The position numbers were made by a program, and so were the translations under genes. Source: Schmidtea polychroa (lineage: Eukaryota). Taken from it: a DNA stretch of 64,000 nt. Under the pieces are notes generated by a model. That model had not been told where the DNA came from and ran no database searches. It saw only the letters and a list, made by a program, of their open reading frames with translations. This document shows, piece by piece, positions 49,113 through 62,932 of this stretch (its first letter is position 1; every line of letters starts with the position of its first letter). The stretch lies in assembly GCA_044892525.1 (NCBI GenBank), contig CM097885.1:65348001-65412000 (forward strand), given 5' to 3'.

Positions 49113-51150
49113 TTGAATTTGTTTATGTCGAAAATGAAAACGAATCCTAACATAGCGACCATGCCTATGCTGCAGTTTATTAGACCGCCAGAAACATTCG
49201 AAATTGGTGATGATATAAAAAAATTTATCGAAGAAACAGATAAATTTTTTGAGCTTACTCAGATAGCCGAAGAAGACAGAGTTTTTATCAAAGCGTTTTT
49301 ATCAATGGGAGCAACGCGAAGGTTCGAGGAAATGGATCCTGAAGCTATGTAACTTAGCAAATGGTTTCAACGAAGCCCTATCATTTCGAAGAGGCGAAAC
49401 AATTAATGAATTTTTTTAAAAAATAGAGAAGCTAGCAAAGAATGTAGTCAGACACAATCTCATAAAAGAAGATATGAAAACATTTTTAATCCAAAATGCT
49501 CTCGACGATAGAGAAATCAAGAAAGATTTAAAATTACACGGACTAAAAACATTCGAAGAAATAAAAAATCGATTGGTCATATATAATAATATTAAAAAAG
49601 AAATTGAAATCGAAAACATTGCTTCGATACAGCGTGTAAAGAAAAATTATGCTAAGGTAACGATGTTGAATGAATGACAAACATGGAACTAAAGAAAACC
49701 ATATCATCGTCAAAGGAATGAAAGAATCGAACAAAGTCGGACTATGGGAAGACCGGAAACAAATGTTCTAAGATCTTGAAATCGAAATGAGTGGGAAAAG
49801 ACCAGAAATCAATGACAATTTTGAGAAGGACAACAGTGGCCCGCGAGACATTTTAACAGATCGATTAGAAGAAATGTTTATCCAAACCAAGATAATCGCA
49901 TGCGAAGATATTGGGCTTGTAGAGAAGGAGGTTATCTAAGATCAGAATTCCCAAGTGTGCTACCATTGTCACAAGAATGGACACTTCAAACACCAGTGTT
50001 ATGAAGTTAGTCCACAAAGGAAGTTCAAGAGTTATCGGTAAATGGCTGCCTTTGGAGAGGAGTGCGAACGATCGGTGGAAGGAGATGACCGAAACGAATT
50101 TGCTACGACATCTGGAAAAGTAATCGAAGCCATAAATTGAATGTAAGTGATATTTCGAACAATGTTTGCATGTATTTGAATGATTGTGAATGTATGTATG
50201 ACCTGAATGAGAATGAATGTAATTTGAATGTTGATATGTTATTTGATAATAGTTTGAATGAACTTAATAATTATAATATTTATGATTTATATAATTTAAA
50301 TGAAAATAAATTAATTTTTAAACCATATCGCTTTAGTAACGTTAAACGTCCGAATACTTCGAATATAAAAGTGGAAATCCTAAAGAATTTATAATTAATT
50401 ATAAGACCCAGCTTTGAAATTGAAATAAATAAAGAAAAAGCAATGTGTATGCTTGATACAGTGGCAAAGATTAGTATTTTAGAATACGAAATTTATAAAA
50501 GATTTGGAAACGTAACTTTGGAGAAATTTGATATTGAAGTGAAATATGCAAACGGCAGTGGCATAACTGTAATGGGAAAGATAAATATAACTAACTGTAT
50601 GGGTATTTCAAAACTAATAGAATTCTATGTTACTCGAGGAGTTATTCCAAATATAATTGGGGCGGGGGGGTTGTAAATTTTTAATTGAATTTAATATATA
50701 TTTACAAAGAACCGATAGTGAGAAATATGAGATAAGTTATATTGAACAAAAGAAAGAGGATTTCAAAAAATTGGAAAAAGAAGACAAAGAAATCGAGAAA
50801 TTGATTGAAGAATATGAAACAGTATTTATGAAACATAAATGGACATTGGTCAAACAGAAATAGTACAACATGAGATAAATACGACAGGACCTTCAATTGT
50901 TATTAATCCAAGACGTCAACCAGTACACCTCTTATCGAAAGTAGAAGAAAATACATTAAAAAAAAGACAAATATGAGATAATGATTTGCTTAGATTTTCG
51001 AGCATTAAATTTACTAACAGAGTGACCTATTTTTCCAATACCAAATACAGAAGAAATTATGGACGCTCTTAATGGATCGAGATTTTTCACAACACTGGAT
51101 TTAGACAGTACATATTACCAAGTGGAGTTAACTGAAGATTCAAAAAAGAA
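49113..51150 (+). mobile_element. Ty3/gypsy gag-pol relic
   Basis: RPPETFEIGDDIKKFIEE gag; intact knuckle CYHCHKNGHFKHQC near 49958-50000; protease LDTVAKISIL; RT start PIPNTEEIMDALNGSRFFTTLDL. Confidence 0.85.
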
Positions 51151-52062
51151 TATGTATTTGACATACTTACCTTTTGATTTGCCCTGCATGATCCAGTGGT
51201 GGCCTGTTTTAACGTCGATTTGACCTACATGAAACTCGGAAAAATTTTCGCGAAAATAGCTTAGAAATAGTGAAAAATAATAAAAACTGTGAAAAAAAAT
51301 GTGAAAAAGCATTGAAAATTATAAAAAATGAAAATAGTTATTTGACCTACATAAAAACACTAAGAATTTTAGAAAAAAATTTCTTACTCCTGTGGGTACT
51401 TGATCCAGCGGTGGCCAATCTATCTACTTAAGAGAGATGTAAATTATATTGTATCTATTAAAATTCCAGTTTAAAAGTTTTAGAAATTTGAAAAATAATG
51501 AAGAAAAGCATCGAACAATGTAGGTTATAATTGGAATTATTAAATTTAAAGTTAATTATTTATAGGTATGCAGAAATTGAACAAAAGAGATTGATTGAAG
51601 TCACGAAACCAGGAGAAAAGTACTGCAATCTCATTAAAAATATTTCCCGAAATTATTACTCAAAGAAAGCATTTTAATATACTTAAATAAAAATTTAATA
51701 AATCTTATATTTTTAAAAAGAATAAAAGTTATGACATTAAAAAATGTAAATTTAATGAAAAATACAGCTTTTACAAAACCGACTAACGATAATGTGTCCT
51801 AAACGTACTTTTGACAGTTGCCATATCTCATCAAAAACTTTAAATAAAAATGTAAATGGAAGTATACGCAGGTGATTTTGAAATAAACATAAAAAGTGGT
51901 CAAAATGAGAGCTACTGTCTTTCTAGAGTTAATGAAAAAAATTACTTTTGAAATTTATGACCAATGAATATAGACAGATTGATAATCTCATTTCTTATTG
52001 GACAAAATTATTGGGTAAATAAATAAATACAGAATATTCTTGTTAAATTTACAATTTTCTCG

Positions 52063-53013
52063 ATGTCTTTACAAAATTTTTTCTACATCTTTATGTCAAT
52101 TATAAATATCCTTTCGCTAATTTCTGGCATTATTGGATGCCTCATGATATTTTATATTCTTTATCAAGACAAAACGATTAGAAACTTTTCTCGTCTACTT
52201 TTTTTGCAACAAAATGTTTTTGATTTTATTGTTATATTAAATTCAGGAGTCCAGCAAGTCATTTGGGCCATTACCACTAAACTGATACTGGTAAACAACT
52301 TGTCCATTTGTACAACATACTTGGTAATCGACAGTACAGCAATATATGGAGCAACTTGGACTCTTTGTCTCATGTCAATTGAACGGTTCATTGTAGTTTC
52401 ATGGCCAACGAGCCCGATCTTTCGCTTCTTGAAATGGTGGCATAACTTCATATTGTTTATCATCACGCTTACGATATCGCTTTTGGCGATTATTTTAAGT
52501 ATATTACTAAATTCGATTTCAATGCCAATTTGTTATTACACAGTAACCAATTTGGGAAGCCTGAGCATCTTGGTGTACAGCGCCTTCGTTCCGTGTTTGA
52601 TCTTGATATTCTGCAACAGTAAAATCAGTTACATTTTGTGGAAAAGTTCAGTGAAAAACAGCAACAAAATTGCAATAGTTGAAAGAGCTACAAATAAGCC
52701 TAAAATCGAAAGGAATGGACAGACCATGTCAAAATCAACCATAAAAATCGTCATTATAACTTCGATATACTTTTTTATATGTTGTGTTCCATATAGTTTT
52801 ATTAAGATCGCCTATAATTTCAAGATCATCAACGTTGACTTGGAAACGAAGTCATTTTTTCCGTTAATTACAAAGTTTTTTATCATTTCAAACAGTTCGA
52901 CTAGATTTTATTTTTATATTTTCGGAAGTTTGAGATTTAGACAAATCATTTTGTCATTATTTAGAAAGGCTGGCTTACCTTTAAATGATATGTATGTTAG
53001 CAGGATCAATTAA
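52063..53013 (+). CDS. Class A GPCR, peptide-receptor-like, 316 aa, single exon
   Basis: Seven hydrophobic segments; SIERFIVVSWP, VPCLILIFCNSKI, FFICCVPY and NSSTRFYFY. Confidence 0.88.
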   Translation: MSLQNFFYIFMSIINILSLISGIIGCLMIFYILYQDKTIRNFSRLLFLQQNVFDFIVILNSGVQQVIWAITTKLILVNNLSICTTYLVIDSTAIYGATWTLCLMSIERFIVVSWPTSPIFRFLKWWHNFILFIITLTISLLAIILSILLNSISMPICYYTVTNLGSLSILVYSAFVPCLILIFCNSKISYILWKSSVKNSNKIAIVERATNKPKIERNGQTMSKSTIKIVIITSIYFFICCVPYSFIKIAYNFKIINVDLETKSFFPLITKFFIISNSSTRFYFYIFGSLRFRQIILSLFRKAGLPLNDMYVSRIN

Positions 53014-53369
53014 CATTCCCAAATTCAAAAGGATATCGTATGAAAGGCACCATTACATTTTGAGTTCTTTAAAAAATAAATTTTGTTAGTTTTCATTATT
53101 AAAAAGATCTTTTTAAATAATCCTGTAAAAAAGTTTTAATTTTCTTTTATTTTAATGAGTCATTGAGTGTCAACTACTATGGTTACACTCATGGACCCAA
53201 CTAAAGACACCATATATTCGTAAGCTAGGTTATAATAATAATAAGATTTTATTGTTTTAGAAAGTTAAAATCGTCTTTGGTGTATATTCTACCGAATCTA
53301 ATCAATTATTCCTTATTCTGGTTATTAACCTTAAAAACTTTGCTTTAGTAGTTTTTGTAATATTATCTA

Positions 53370-53800
53370 CCGTTTTGACTCAAGTAAGATCAGGGTGTAC
53401 TAATTAACTTCACATAAGGCCTTCCGTACTGTCCTGATGTGGTGGATGTAGGAGTTTTATTTAAAGGCATTTGACACGATATAGCTTGGGTCTCTTCGAT
53501 GATGATGTCTTCAAATGACTTCCGCAGAATTTTATAAATAAAATGCACTGCTATAAATTTTTATATAATGATATGCACAGTATGGTTAGAAAGTCAAAGG
53601 TCTTGAAAAGTGTATTAAAAAGATTTTTCGCGTGTTTAATATCTATCTTTTCTTTCTATTGAAACTACGGGCATAATTATAGACCTGCAATGAGGGAAGT
53701 CTCCAACTGTGGTACATAAAAGGACCACCGTTCTATTTGTGACCGGGTACAAGATTTTCAAGTACGTCACTGAGTAGGAGTTCAAATTCTCGTAACTTAA
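53370..53800 (+). mobile_element. Possible non-LTR (CR1/L2-like) RT trace
   Basis: Only a KAFDTI motif and weak context. Confidence 0.25.
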
Positions 53801-54111
53801 AATAATTTCTGAATCTTTGGAAATTTTAATATTTGACTTTTCATTAATCTAATCATTTGTTGATCATTGGAGATTTTCTTGGTTGACTTGTTCGTATCAT
53901 TATATGTAAGAAGCGATTGTTACGGATAACATAACATTAGGTAGGTAACGGTGCTAATTATGAAGTCGGATACTAATGGTATGTGTATTACTAATATAAT
54001 TGGATAGTTTAGTAACTATAAGCATGTAGTGGTAGAGAGTTGAAGAGTCGCGCGGTTAAAATAAATAATGAGTGACTAAGGAAAGCGGTGGTCGGTTGGA
54101 AATTCAATAAA

Positions 54112-56454
54112 ATGGAGCCAGCAAAAAGACGTCGCATAACAGACGAAAGAAAGCAGTTTAAAGAAAGTTGGACCAATGACTATTTTGTTATTGAGAACAA
54201 TGAAAAGATAATTTGTTTAATATGCCAACGATGAGGAATATGTTGCTTATGGTGGCGAGCAGAGAAAACAAAAGGTGGCAAAAATACAAACTGAACTTCC
54301 AGCCCAGCAGTTGATCCTTAAAAAGATTAGTAAAATCAATGAAGCAAGTACTGAGGTCAGCTACATTGTCACTCATAAAATTGCAAAAAAAAATGTAAAC
54401 CGTTCAGTGATGGTGAATTTATAAAGGATTGCCTTATAAAAGTGGTAGTTAAAGTGTGTCCCAAAAAAGGAAATGCCTTCAAAGAAGTCAATTTTTCAAG
54501 TCAAACTATGACACGCCGAGATCTTGAAAATCAATTTCAACTCAAGGCTGAAAAGTTTGTTGCATTTTCACTAGCAATGGTACATAAGTACAGATATTGG
54601 TGACACTGCCCAGCTATTAATTTTTACTCGTGGTATAACTGACAATTTTGAAGTTGTTGAAGATGTCCTAAAATTGTGTAGTTTAAAAGGAAGAACCAGA
54701 GGAACAAATATATTCGAAGCAATGTGCACGGCAATCGAAGAAAGGAAATTTCACTGTTCATCACTCACTGGAACTACAGGTGGAGCTCTGTCAATGGTTA
54801 GCAAAAATATTAGTCTTGTTGGTTTGATTAAAAAAATACTACTGACAGCTTGCTTGCATTTCAATTTTGAGAAATTCTATATTTTAAATTTTTAATATCT
54901 TTTAAAAAGACTTTTGGCTACTAAAGACAATTTTTATGATTTAGTAATTAAAGAATTTTGTAGAAAAACAAGAAGAATTGAGTTTTTATATAAATAAATT
55001 TTTTTTTGAATTTTTTTTATTGCTTTCACAAAATATTTCAGTACGAGCTGACTGCTGAACAAGGACGAGATATTTTTTATTACCACTGCATAATACATCA
55101 AGAAGCACTTGTCACGAACGTCTTAAAGATGGAACATGTTATGACTGTCGTTATAACAACTTTAAATTTTATTAAATCACGGAGACTGAATCATCGCGAG
55201 TTTAAAACATTTCTGGAAGATTATGAAGCAGATTTTGGTGATGTGATTTATTTACACCTCTTCGATGGTTAAGCCGAGATGCAACACTAAAAGTTTTTTT
55301 AATCTCATAAACTAAATCTCTGAATTTCTGACTAATAAAAACAAAAATCAATAAGAATCGAAAGGAAATAAACAAAATTGTTTAGGTCTGCTACAGAATA
55401 TTGGCTGGTTGATTGATTTAGGATTTTTAGTATACATCACTTCACGTTTGAACGTACTTAATTTGAAACTGCAAGGCTGTGGAAAGTTTATTTCTACTTT
55501 GTGGACAGTGTGAAATCGTTTGTAAGAAAGCTAATTTTACTGCAAAAACAATTAAAGGACGGAAATTTATTTCACTTCGCAGCTTACACAGAAATTTCAA
55601 ACCAAAACATCAAACTCTTGGACTTTATCGTTCTGACAAATATTTCAAGATTATTGGCAACATGTTGTCTGAATTTTCCCGACTTTCTCTGACTTCATAT
55701 TGCATGAACAGTCACTGTCATTTTCCAGAATCCGTTTACTTGTGAGCCAAAGATTGCGCCAACTGATTGCAATTAGAACTGATTGACTTTCAGGAAAATT
55801 CAGAGGCTTGAACTTCATTCCATGCACTAGGCTTGATGGAATTTTATCAAAGCCTTTTGGTTTCGGCTTACCCGCCTATTCGACGACATGCTCATCATAT
55901 TGAGGCCACATACATTTGTGATAAAACATTTTCTTCAATGAATATCACAAAATCTAAGATGAGGTCACTATCAACTAATAATCATCTTCAGGCAATCCTG
56001 CGCATTGCAACAACAAGCTTTGAACCTCGATATGGTCATATAATTTCTCAAAATTCTCAATTTCACAAATCACATGATGTTCACCACGAAAAGTGAATTA
56101 AAATTTGATGAACTCTAAGCTAAATTATAAAAACAGTTACTTTTAACTTCAATACGAACAGTTTGACAAGTATCAACATTTTATGTTGGATAAATAAATA
56201 AAATAAATATTTCATGTGTTATTACGAAATTCTTATACATTTCTAGTTTTAAATTCAAGCACTTCATTACTGTTTATTAATTTTTCATTTAAGCTTATTA
56301 TATATCAAGTAAGTAAGTCTTATACTTTTAGACTTTATATTTATAAACTAAGCTCAGGCTTAGCGATTTTGACGCTACATTGTACCCTGTGGCCCGCAAG
56401 CTCTTACTGTATCACTAAAGTGGCCCTCGGTATCCAACACTTTGGGAACCTCTG
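54112..56454 (+). mobile_element. Decayed Buster-type hAT with right TIR
   Basis: MEPAKRRRITDERKQFKESW..CLIC, YHCIIHQEAL and ATYICDKTFSSM; ends GTGGCCC...CACTTTGGGAACCTCTG. Confidence 0.85.
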
Positions 56455-56946
56455 ATTTAAAATATGTTATATAAGTTTGTCTATGTCTATAATTTTAGTT
56501 TTGAGTGAAATTAAGAGAGTTAAATATAGAGTTCCAAAAACCATGTTTTTATGGTTCATTTTTTAATGGTGAAAACATTGAGGAAATTATACAAATTTTG
56601 TCAATATTTGAAGCTTTATTTTAAATCATCTATGAAATAAAAATAAATTAGCTTTCTAACATTTAACTTTTTTCTAATAAAATTAAAACATATTTTGATA
56701 AATAAATTCAGGAAAATTTAATAGTAAATCACAGAAATAACATTGAAATTTAAATAAAGCACAAATGTTGTTTCCAAATTAATTTATGATCGTCCATGTA
56801 ATTTGTTATAATCACTTAATTTTTGAATTTGTTTACAATACTATAAGCCATTAAGGTATTAAATTAGATATAAGTTAAATTGTATTAATGAACTTATATA
56901 TTCATTGCTAGATAAATGCAATAATTATTTTTGTATTTTAGATAAT

Positions 56947-58314
56947 ATGACTGATTTTGAAGAATTTGAGGAGATGTTAGAAGCTCCAGTTGATAGAAGA
57001 AAAGCTGAAGAAATAAAAGAGAATAAAATGAGTAAAATATCTGAAGAATCAAGTAGACATAAAAAGTCAAGCCGTAGAAGAAGTCGATCTAGAAGTTATC
57101 ACAGTTCGAGATCTAAAAGACCAGAGGAAAGACGAAGAAGGCGATCTCGTAGCAAATCAAGATCTAGAAGTAAACGTCGACGTTCTAATAGCAGAGATCG
57201 ACGGGACCGAAAATTTAGAGAGGAAAATCCACGTAAAAGATCTGCATCACGAGGCCGTCGTCAAGAAGGTTCTGATGGCCGAACTGTTGAGCAATTAACA
57301 GAGGAAGAAAAAGATGCTCGAACTATCTATATTTGGCAGTTGTCCCTACGAGTAAGAACTCGAGATTTAGAAGACTTTTTTGTTCAGGTTGGAAAGATGG
57401 ATGTGGTTAGATTGGTACTTGACAATAAAACTGGTAAATCGAGAGGGGTAGCTTTTATTCAATTTAGGGATGTAGAATCGGTTAATAAAGCTTTAGATTT
57501 AAACGGCCAAAAACTTATGGGTGTCCCTATACAAATTAGAACAGTGTCATCGGAAAAGTGTCGTGCTGCAGAAGGTACTATGAATAGTAGCTATATCTAT
57601 TTTAGGGGACCTACTAAGTTATGTGTATCCAATCTTCACCCCCAAATTAATGAACAAATGATTGAAGAAATTTTTGCTCCATATGGTAAAATTGATGAGC
57701 TTAGATTAATGAAAGATATACGTGGGACATCTTTAGGCACAGCTTTTATTTTATTTAGAAAAGGAGAAAATGCTAAAAATGTCGTTGAACAAATGAATGA
57801 TTTTAATTTAGCCGGGCAATTATTGAAAATAGCTCCAGTTGTTGAAGAAGGAGGATTGAATGAATTTGGTGAAAACCAAGGTGTTTCCATGACTGCTGCT
57901 GACCGATTAGGATTAATGGCTAAATTAGCAGTTGGAACTGGATTACAAGTTGTGCCTAAAGCTAATGCTGTTCAAACTCCAATTATTAATTCACAGTGTT
58001 TTGTATTGTCCAATATGTTTGATGTGAAAGATGCTCATGATGATAAGTTTTGTAAAGAAGTTCAGGATGATGTAGTTGGAGAATGTAATCAATTCGGAGG
58101 AGTTTATCATGTTCATATTGATAGAAAATCTCCAAGAGGTGAAATTTATGTGAAATGTCCAAGTATCTATGTAGCTAATAAGTGTGTAAGTACTCTTCAC
58201 GGACGATCATTTGATGGAAGAGTAATAACTGCAAATTATATACCACTAGAGCACTACCATAAAATGTTTCCTGATTCGATTTCAGTGAAGAAACTTGTTA
58301 GAATTGAAGATTGA
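56947..58314 (+). CDS. RBM39: RNA-binding protein 39 (Caper), RS domain plus two RRMs and a UHM; single exon
   Basis: N-terminal EEMLEAP, RS-rich stretch, RRM1 RTIYIWQLS..KSRGVAFIQF, RRM2 LCVSNLH, linker LMAKLA, UHM QCFVLSNMFD..CPS..GRSFDGRVITA. The first plausible ATG is at 56947; the track ORF starts at an upstream TTG. Confidence 0.93.
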   Translation: MTDFEEFEEMLEAPVDRRKAEEIKENKMSKISEESSRHKKSSRRRSRSRSYHSSRSKRPEERRRRRSRSKSRSRSKRRRSNSRDRRDRKFREENPRKRSASRGRRQEGSDGRTVEQLTEEEKDARTIYIWQLSLRVRTRDLEDFFVQVGKMDVVRLVLDNKTGKSRGVAFIQFRDVESVNKALDLNGQKLMGVPIQIRTVSSEKCRAAEGTMNSSYIYFRGPTKLCVSNLHPQINEQMIEEIFAPYGKIDELRLMKDIRGTSLGTAFILFRKGENAKNVVEQMNDFNLAGQLLKIAPVVEEGGLNEFGENQGVSMTAADRLGLMAKLAVGTGLQVVPKANAVQTPIINSQCFVLSNMFDVKDAHDDKFCKEVQDDVVGECNQFGGVYHVHIDRKSPRGEIYVKCPSIYVANKCVSTLHGRSFDGRVITANYIPLEHYHKMFPDSISVKKLVRIED

Positions 58315-59564
58315 TTGCAAATAATAGTTTATTTATAGACATTTTTGTATAAAATATAATCATTGAAAACATTTTAGATCACCCATTTTTCAATTATTTA
58401 TGTTGATAGGTAATTATTGATCGGGTCAAGAGTAAAAGTGAAAATTTTAACTTAATTTTTTGTTATTTTTTTCGTAACTTTAGATAATGCTTCTAATGTG
58501 CGAATCGGTTGAAAAGTCGGAATAGTGTTCCGATATTTTAATAAATTATCATAATGAAACGTCGATAATTTCAGGTATCTTAAATCTTTTGCACTAGCAA
58601 AAACTATCTTAACTTAGAACCATTTTAAAAATTAATTTTCATCCAATTTTCTAATAACAATTGTCTAATGTAGAAAACCAAACTACTAATTAATTGGTCC
58701 AAGAAGTATTGTGTTAACAAAAGAGATTGTTGGATCACTCTATCTCAACGTTGTAAACACGTAAGATTATCCAATTTTCCGGTTTTTAAAAATAATGTAA
58801 TTTAATTAGATAATCAAATAAAGGATGTATCAAAATGCAGGTTGCATAGTGAAACGTTAAACACGAAATTTACATATAGTCACCTTTTGTATTTATTTAA
58901 GCTTAACTTTTTCATATTAAAAATGTAATGAAATGATGGATAATCTTAAACATTTAGTCAGTGCGTTGCAGAATGTTGATAATCATTAAATAATAACATT
59001 GGATAGATATTAAGTGGTTTAATGATGTGAATTTGTTTTATAAGTATGAAAAATTAAGCAAAAAAATATTTTGGATAAATTTAATTGGCATATTTTAAAA
59101 GAAGTTTTATCTTACAAAACTAAAACTACTAAAAGTAACCATTGAAATTAAGTTTTAAACAAATTTTATTAAATTTAGATTTTTAATGTTTTAATTAAAT
59201 TTATAAGTCGCGAATATATAGTTAAAAGCTAATTGTAGAAAATGCTTTTGTTTCTTTCTAAAATTCCAGTTAACTTAAAAGTTAACTGTTTCTACAAAAG
59301 CGGAATTAAAATTGGCTTTAAAACGTTTTATTCATATAAAATGCTATATAATAAATGTAGTGTTCATTATTAGTCAGCCATCCTTCAGGGACGAATTTAC
59401 ATTTGGGCAGAAGTGTCGCAATTATTACTTTCACCCCTTGGTGAGAAGGACCTATCATCGTGCAAAAATTCAATATTTTATATTAAGAGAATTGTTTATG
59501 TATTGCGAAATACAATTTCCATATTTTTTCTTTAGTCATAATATTCTTTTTGGGACCATGATCT

Positions 59565-60030
59565 GAATTGGGTTTTCAAATAAATATTATAGTCAGTGCT
59601 TCTGATTCTGTGTTCTAAAAAATATTCAATAACTCGATGTGACTGCTTTGGTTTTTAAAATAATAATCACCTAAATCATTTTTCTTTTCGCTATGTTTTA
59701 ATTACAACAATTTTCCTTTTACATACTTTCGTTTTGTTTGTCCCAACCTGAATCAAAATGCCGTTTGTTTCTAAATTTGAGTTCCTTTATATAGTTAAAG
59801 TAATCGGAATGATTAATAGCGGGTTCACCAATTCGTCTCTATTTGACAATCATTGTTTCGCGACCTTTTTTATCTTCACGTCGTTGAAGGAAATAGTTAA
59901 TTGGTCTTCCCTGTGATTATCTTTTGCCATTGCTCATGCTGTAATGATAATGATCTTCTAGCTTCGACTTTGTTTACTTAGATCGGGGTTTCCCTTTATT
60001 GGGCTAGAACTGACTCCTAGACACAAAATC
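59565..60030. mobile_element. LTR-like fragment
   Basis: Resembles the solo LTRs (TGGGTTTT start, TTCCTTTATATA TATA block, GGGTTTCC block); no clean ends. Confidence 0.4.
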
Positions 60031-61742
60031 TTGTAAATGTGACAAAATGTGGTGGTACACATCTAGCAGTAAGTTTACGTAAATAGAAAATATATAACAT
60101 CAAATAAATAATAATAATTAAGAGAAAAATAACAGAAAATAAAAACATTTGAATTAAAAAATAAAATCAAACAAATGCAAGAAGTATCACAGGAATAAAA
60201 TAAAATCAAACAAATGCAAGAAGTATCAAACATAACAGAGAAACAAAATTACAAAAACGAACTCAATTAAAGTCAAAAAATTGTAGAAAAGTTAAATTCT
60301 AGACAAAAATCCAGAACAATTCATAAAAATGGCGAAGCCATTCAATACAATGAAAGTTAATAAAAATAAATAATTTAAACTAAAAAATAAAAATTCCAAA
60401 AAAGAATTCATAAAGAACGATTCTAAAATAAACAACTTTAATTTAATATGGAATGTTCTGGAAATGCCCAAATCCATCATGGAGGCAAATTCAACGAAAA
60501 ATAATTAAAAAATAAAGAATATAGCACCAAAATTGCCATTAAAATCGTTAAAGATCGAAAATAGAATGTTCTAGAATTAAAAAGAATTCGAGTTTGCTTT
60601 ACTGCATCAATGCATACACGCGTATTTAATCTTTTTATGCCAAAAGTTTTTAAACCTTATTTGCCGATCGTGAAACCAAGTCAAACCAATAGTAAGGATT
60701 TGTCGATTATATTTGTATTATTATAATTTTAATATATTAATATTGCTGTAATGTTTTTCCCTCAAGAGTGACTCAGGTCGTAGTGCTCGTACTCAGACAC
60801 ACGAACTAAGCCAGTCTTGGGTCTTATATGAAAGTAAAATCACCATTGTCATTGAGCCCACAGCCTTGGCAAATGCAGGCCACTGCCTGGTATTCACTTA
60901 TTACTATTATAAATTTCTTTTTTTTGTCATCGGAGGTCGCACCACTTCATGGTACTGCCATGGAGTTGAGTCGATAAACTTCCTCCGTTTGAATGAATAT
61001 TATTGTAGTATTATACGTCGATAGTAGATTCTCGACTTCATAAACATTAGGGCTTGCCGTAGTGGACACAGTGTGGCCACGAAAACAAGCAATTTTCCTT
61101 AATCGACTTTTGTTTCACTAATAATCAATATATAAATTCTACACCAAAAATCCACTCACCACATTACACTAAAGCCAATAATCAGAGTAAAACTCAGGAC
61201 GTAAACTGATTCTTTAATTAACAATCAATGTAGACTGTTATCCAAGGTTTGTAAAGTACCCTACCTATGTGAATATCGAATTCAGATTCATAATTTTCAT
61301 AATGTCCTAAATAATTTGTTAAGTAATATCGTTAAGAAAAACCTTTCGAATTTTACAGTATTTAAATTAGTAGTAATGATACTCCTTCAAATATTTGATA
61401 TACACATCGGCAATTCAGAGATTATAAATCAAAATTCTTATTATAAAAACCCCTAAACTATATGTCAACTGAATATTATTTTCATAATTTTATTCAGTAT
61501 CACCTACAATCATATGTTTAAACTTTAATAACTGAGTCATAATTTATAATTTTTCTAAAAAGATCCCTTAAAATTGTATATGTATATATATATATATATA
61601 TATAATACTAAATGTCTTAATATTAATGATTAAAATATGTATAAGCAAGTCAATATAGAATGTGTAAAGCTTACAACTGACCCGCCAAAATCATATAGCC
61701 CTCACCTATTACCTGAAAATACAAAATTAGAATATCCTATTA

Positions 61743-62382
61743 CAGGGGTCGGAAACCTATGACCCGTGGGTCTCCGAGTGACCTATTTGATAATTTCAAG
61801 TAACCCACTTTAGTTCCGAAAATAAAGTATAAGATATACAAACATTTTTTTCTTTTTCCCAAAAGATTTTTGTCGCAAAGTTATGAACGTACGAAATTTG
61901 AATCCAGTATAACATATAAAAATATCACTTAAAGCCCTACCCCTGCCTGACTGGATATAGAATCGGCCGATAGTATGCGGAACGCAGCAACATGTCCGAA
62001 CAAATTGTACCATTCCTGTACTCGCGCGTCGTTATCTCAGCTGTATGTCAGTTATAGTTATAGCACGTGTAGTACAGTATTATTTAAAAAATTACCATGA
62101 ACAAACAAAAAACAAAAGAGATTATTTCAAGATGTGTGGACAGTAAAGTATGGGTGTATCGAAAATGGTGACAAATTTATATGTACTTTATGTACAGATA
62201 TAATTACCGCCAGGACTTATAATATTGAGCGACACTTTTCTTCAAAACATAAAGATGTGAGTGAAATGGAAAATGAAGATAAATCTGAATACATTGCTAA
62301 ACGTGTATTAAATTTTGGAAAACAAAATAAATTCTTAAAGAGTTTTGTTACCAGCCACAATTACACTACATCAGTAGTATGA
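61743..62382 (+). mobile_element. 5' end of a Buster-type hAT
   Basis: CAGGGGTCGGAAACCT after TCCTATTA (TA at positions 4-5); ORF with CTLC..NIERHFSSKH finger, truncated. Confidence 0.75.
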
Positions 62383-62398
62383 TGTGGGCCATCCAGAT

Positions 62399-62883
62399 CA
62401 GGGGCCCTCTGGATCACATACCCCTCCCCCACCCCCCCCCCCCGGAAAAAAAATAATTTTTAGAATGATGCCACATATTTTTAGAACTATTACGTAACCA
62501 ATGCCTAATATTTTTAGAACTATTACGTAATTTTTTAAAATTAAGTGATCCAGAGGGCCCCTACTTTTTTTCATCCCAAAAATTAATGTTCTCGTTAACA
62601 GATTTTATTGACCGATACCTCATCTTAAAGCTCAGTCCAAGACCTTTCGAATGAGCTATAGGTATCTTATATATCTTTAATAGTTTTAATGTTATTAACA
62701 TTTGATGACCACCATCTTTTCAAAGTTAAATTATTATTATTTTCCAAAATATTATTAAGTGATCTGGCGGGCTCACACTTTTTTTCATCCCAAAAATTAA
62801 TGTTCCCATTATCCGAATTTATTGGACGATACCTCATCTTAAAGCTCAGTCCAAGACCTATTGAATGAGCCATAGAAGGTATC
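62399..62883. repeat. 165-bp MITE-like unit (19-bp TIRs) plus a ~120-bp dispersed duplication
   Basis: (C/T)AGGGGCCCTCTGGATCAC inverted at 62399 and 62563; 62564-62663 is repeated at about 62778-62883. Confidence 0.7.
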
Positions 62884-62932
62884 ATCATCATTATTATTAA
62901 CAAAGAGAATGACTCACCCAATGACTCACCCA

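Noticed and set aside
60760-61090. Moderately GC-rich stretch considered as an ncRNA or SINE
   Set aside because: No A/B boxes, Sm site or recognisable fold or protein motif; left unassigned.
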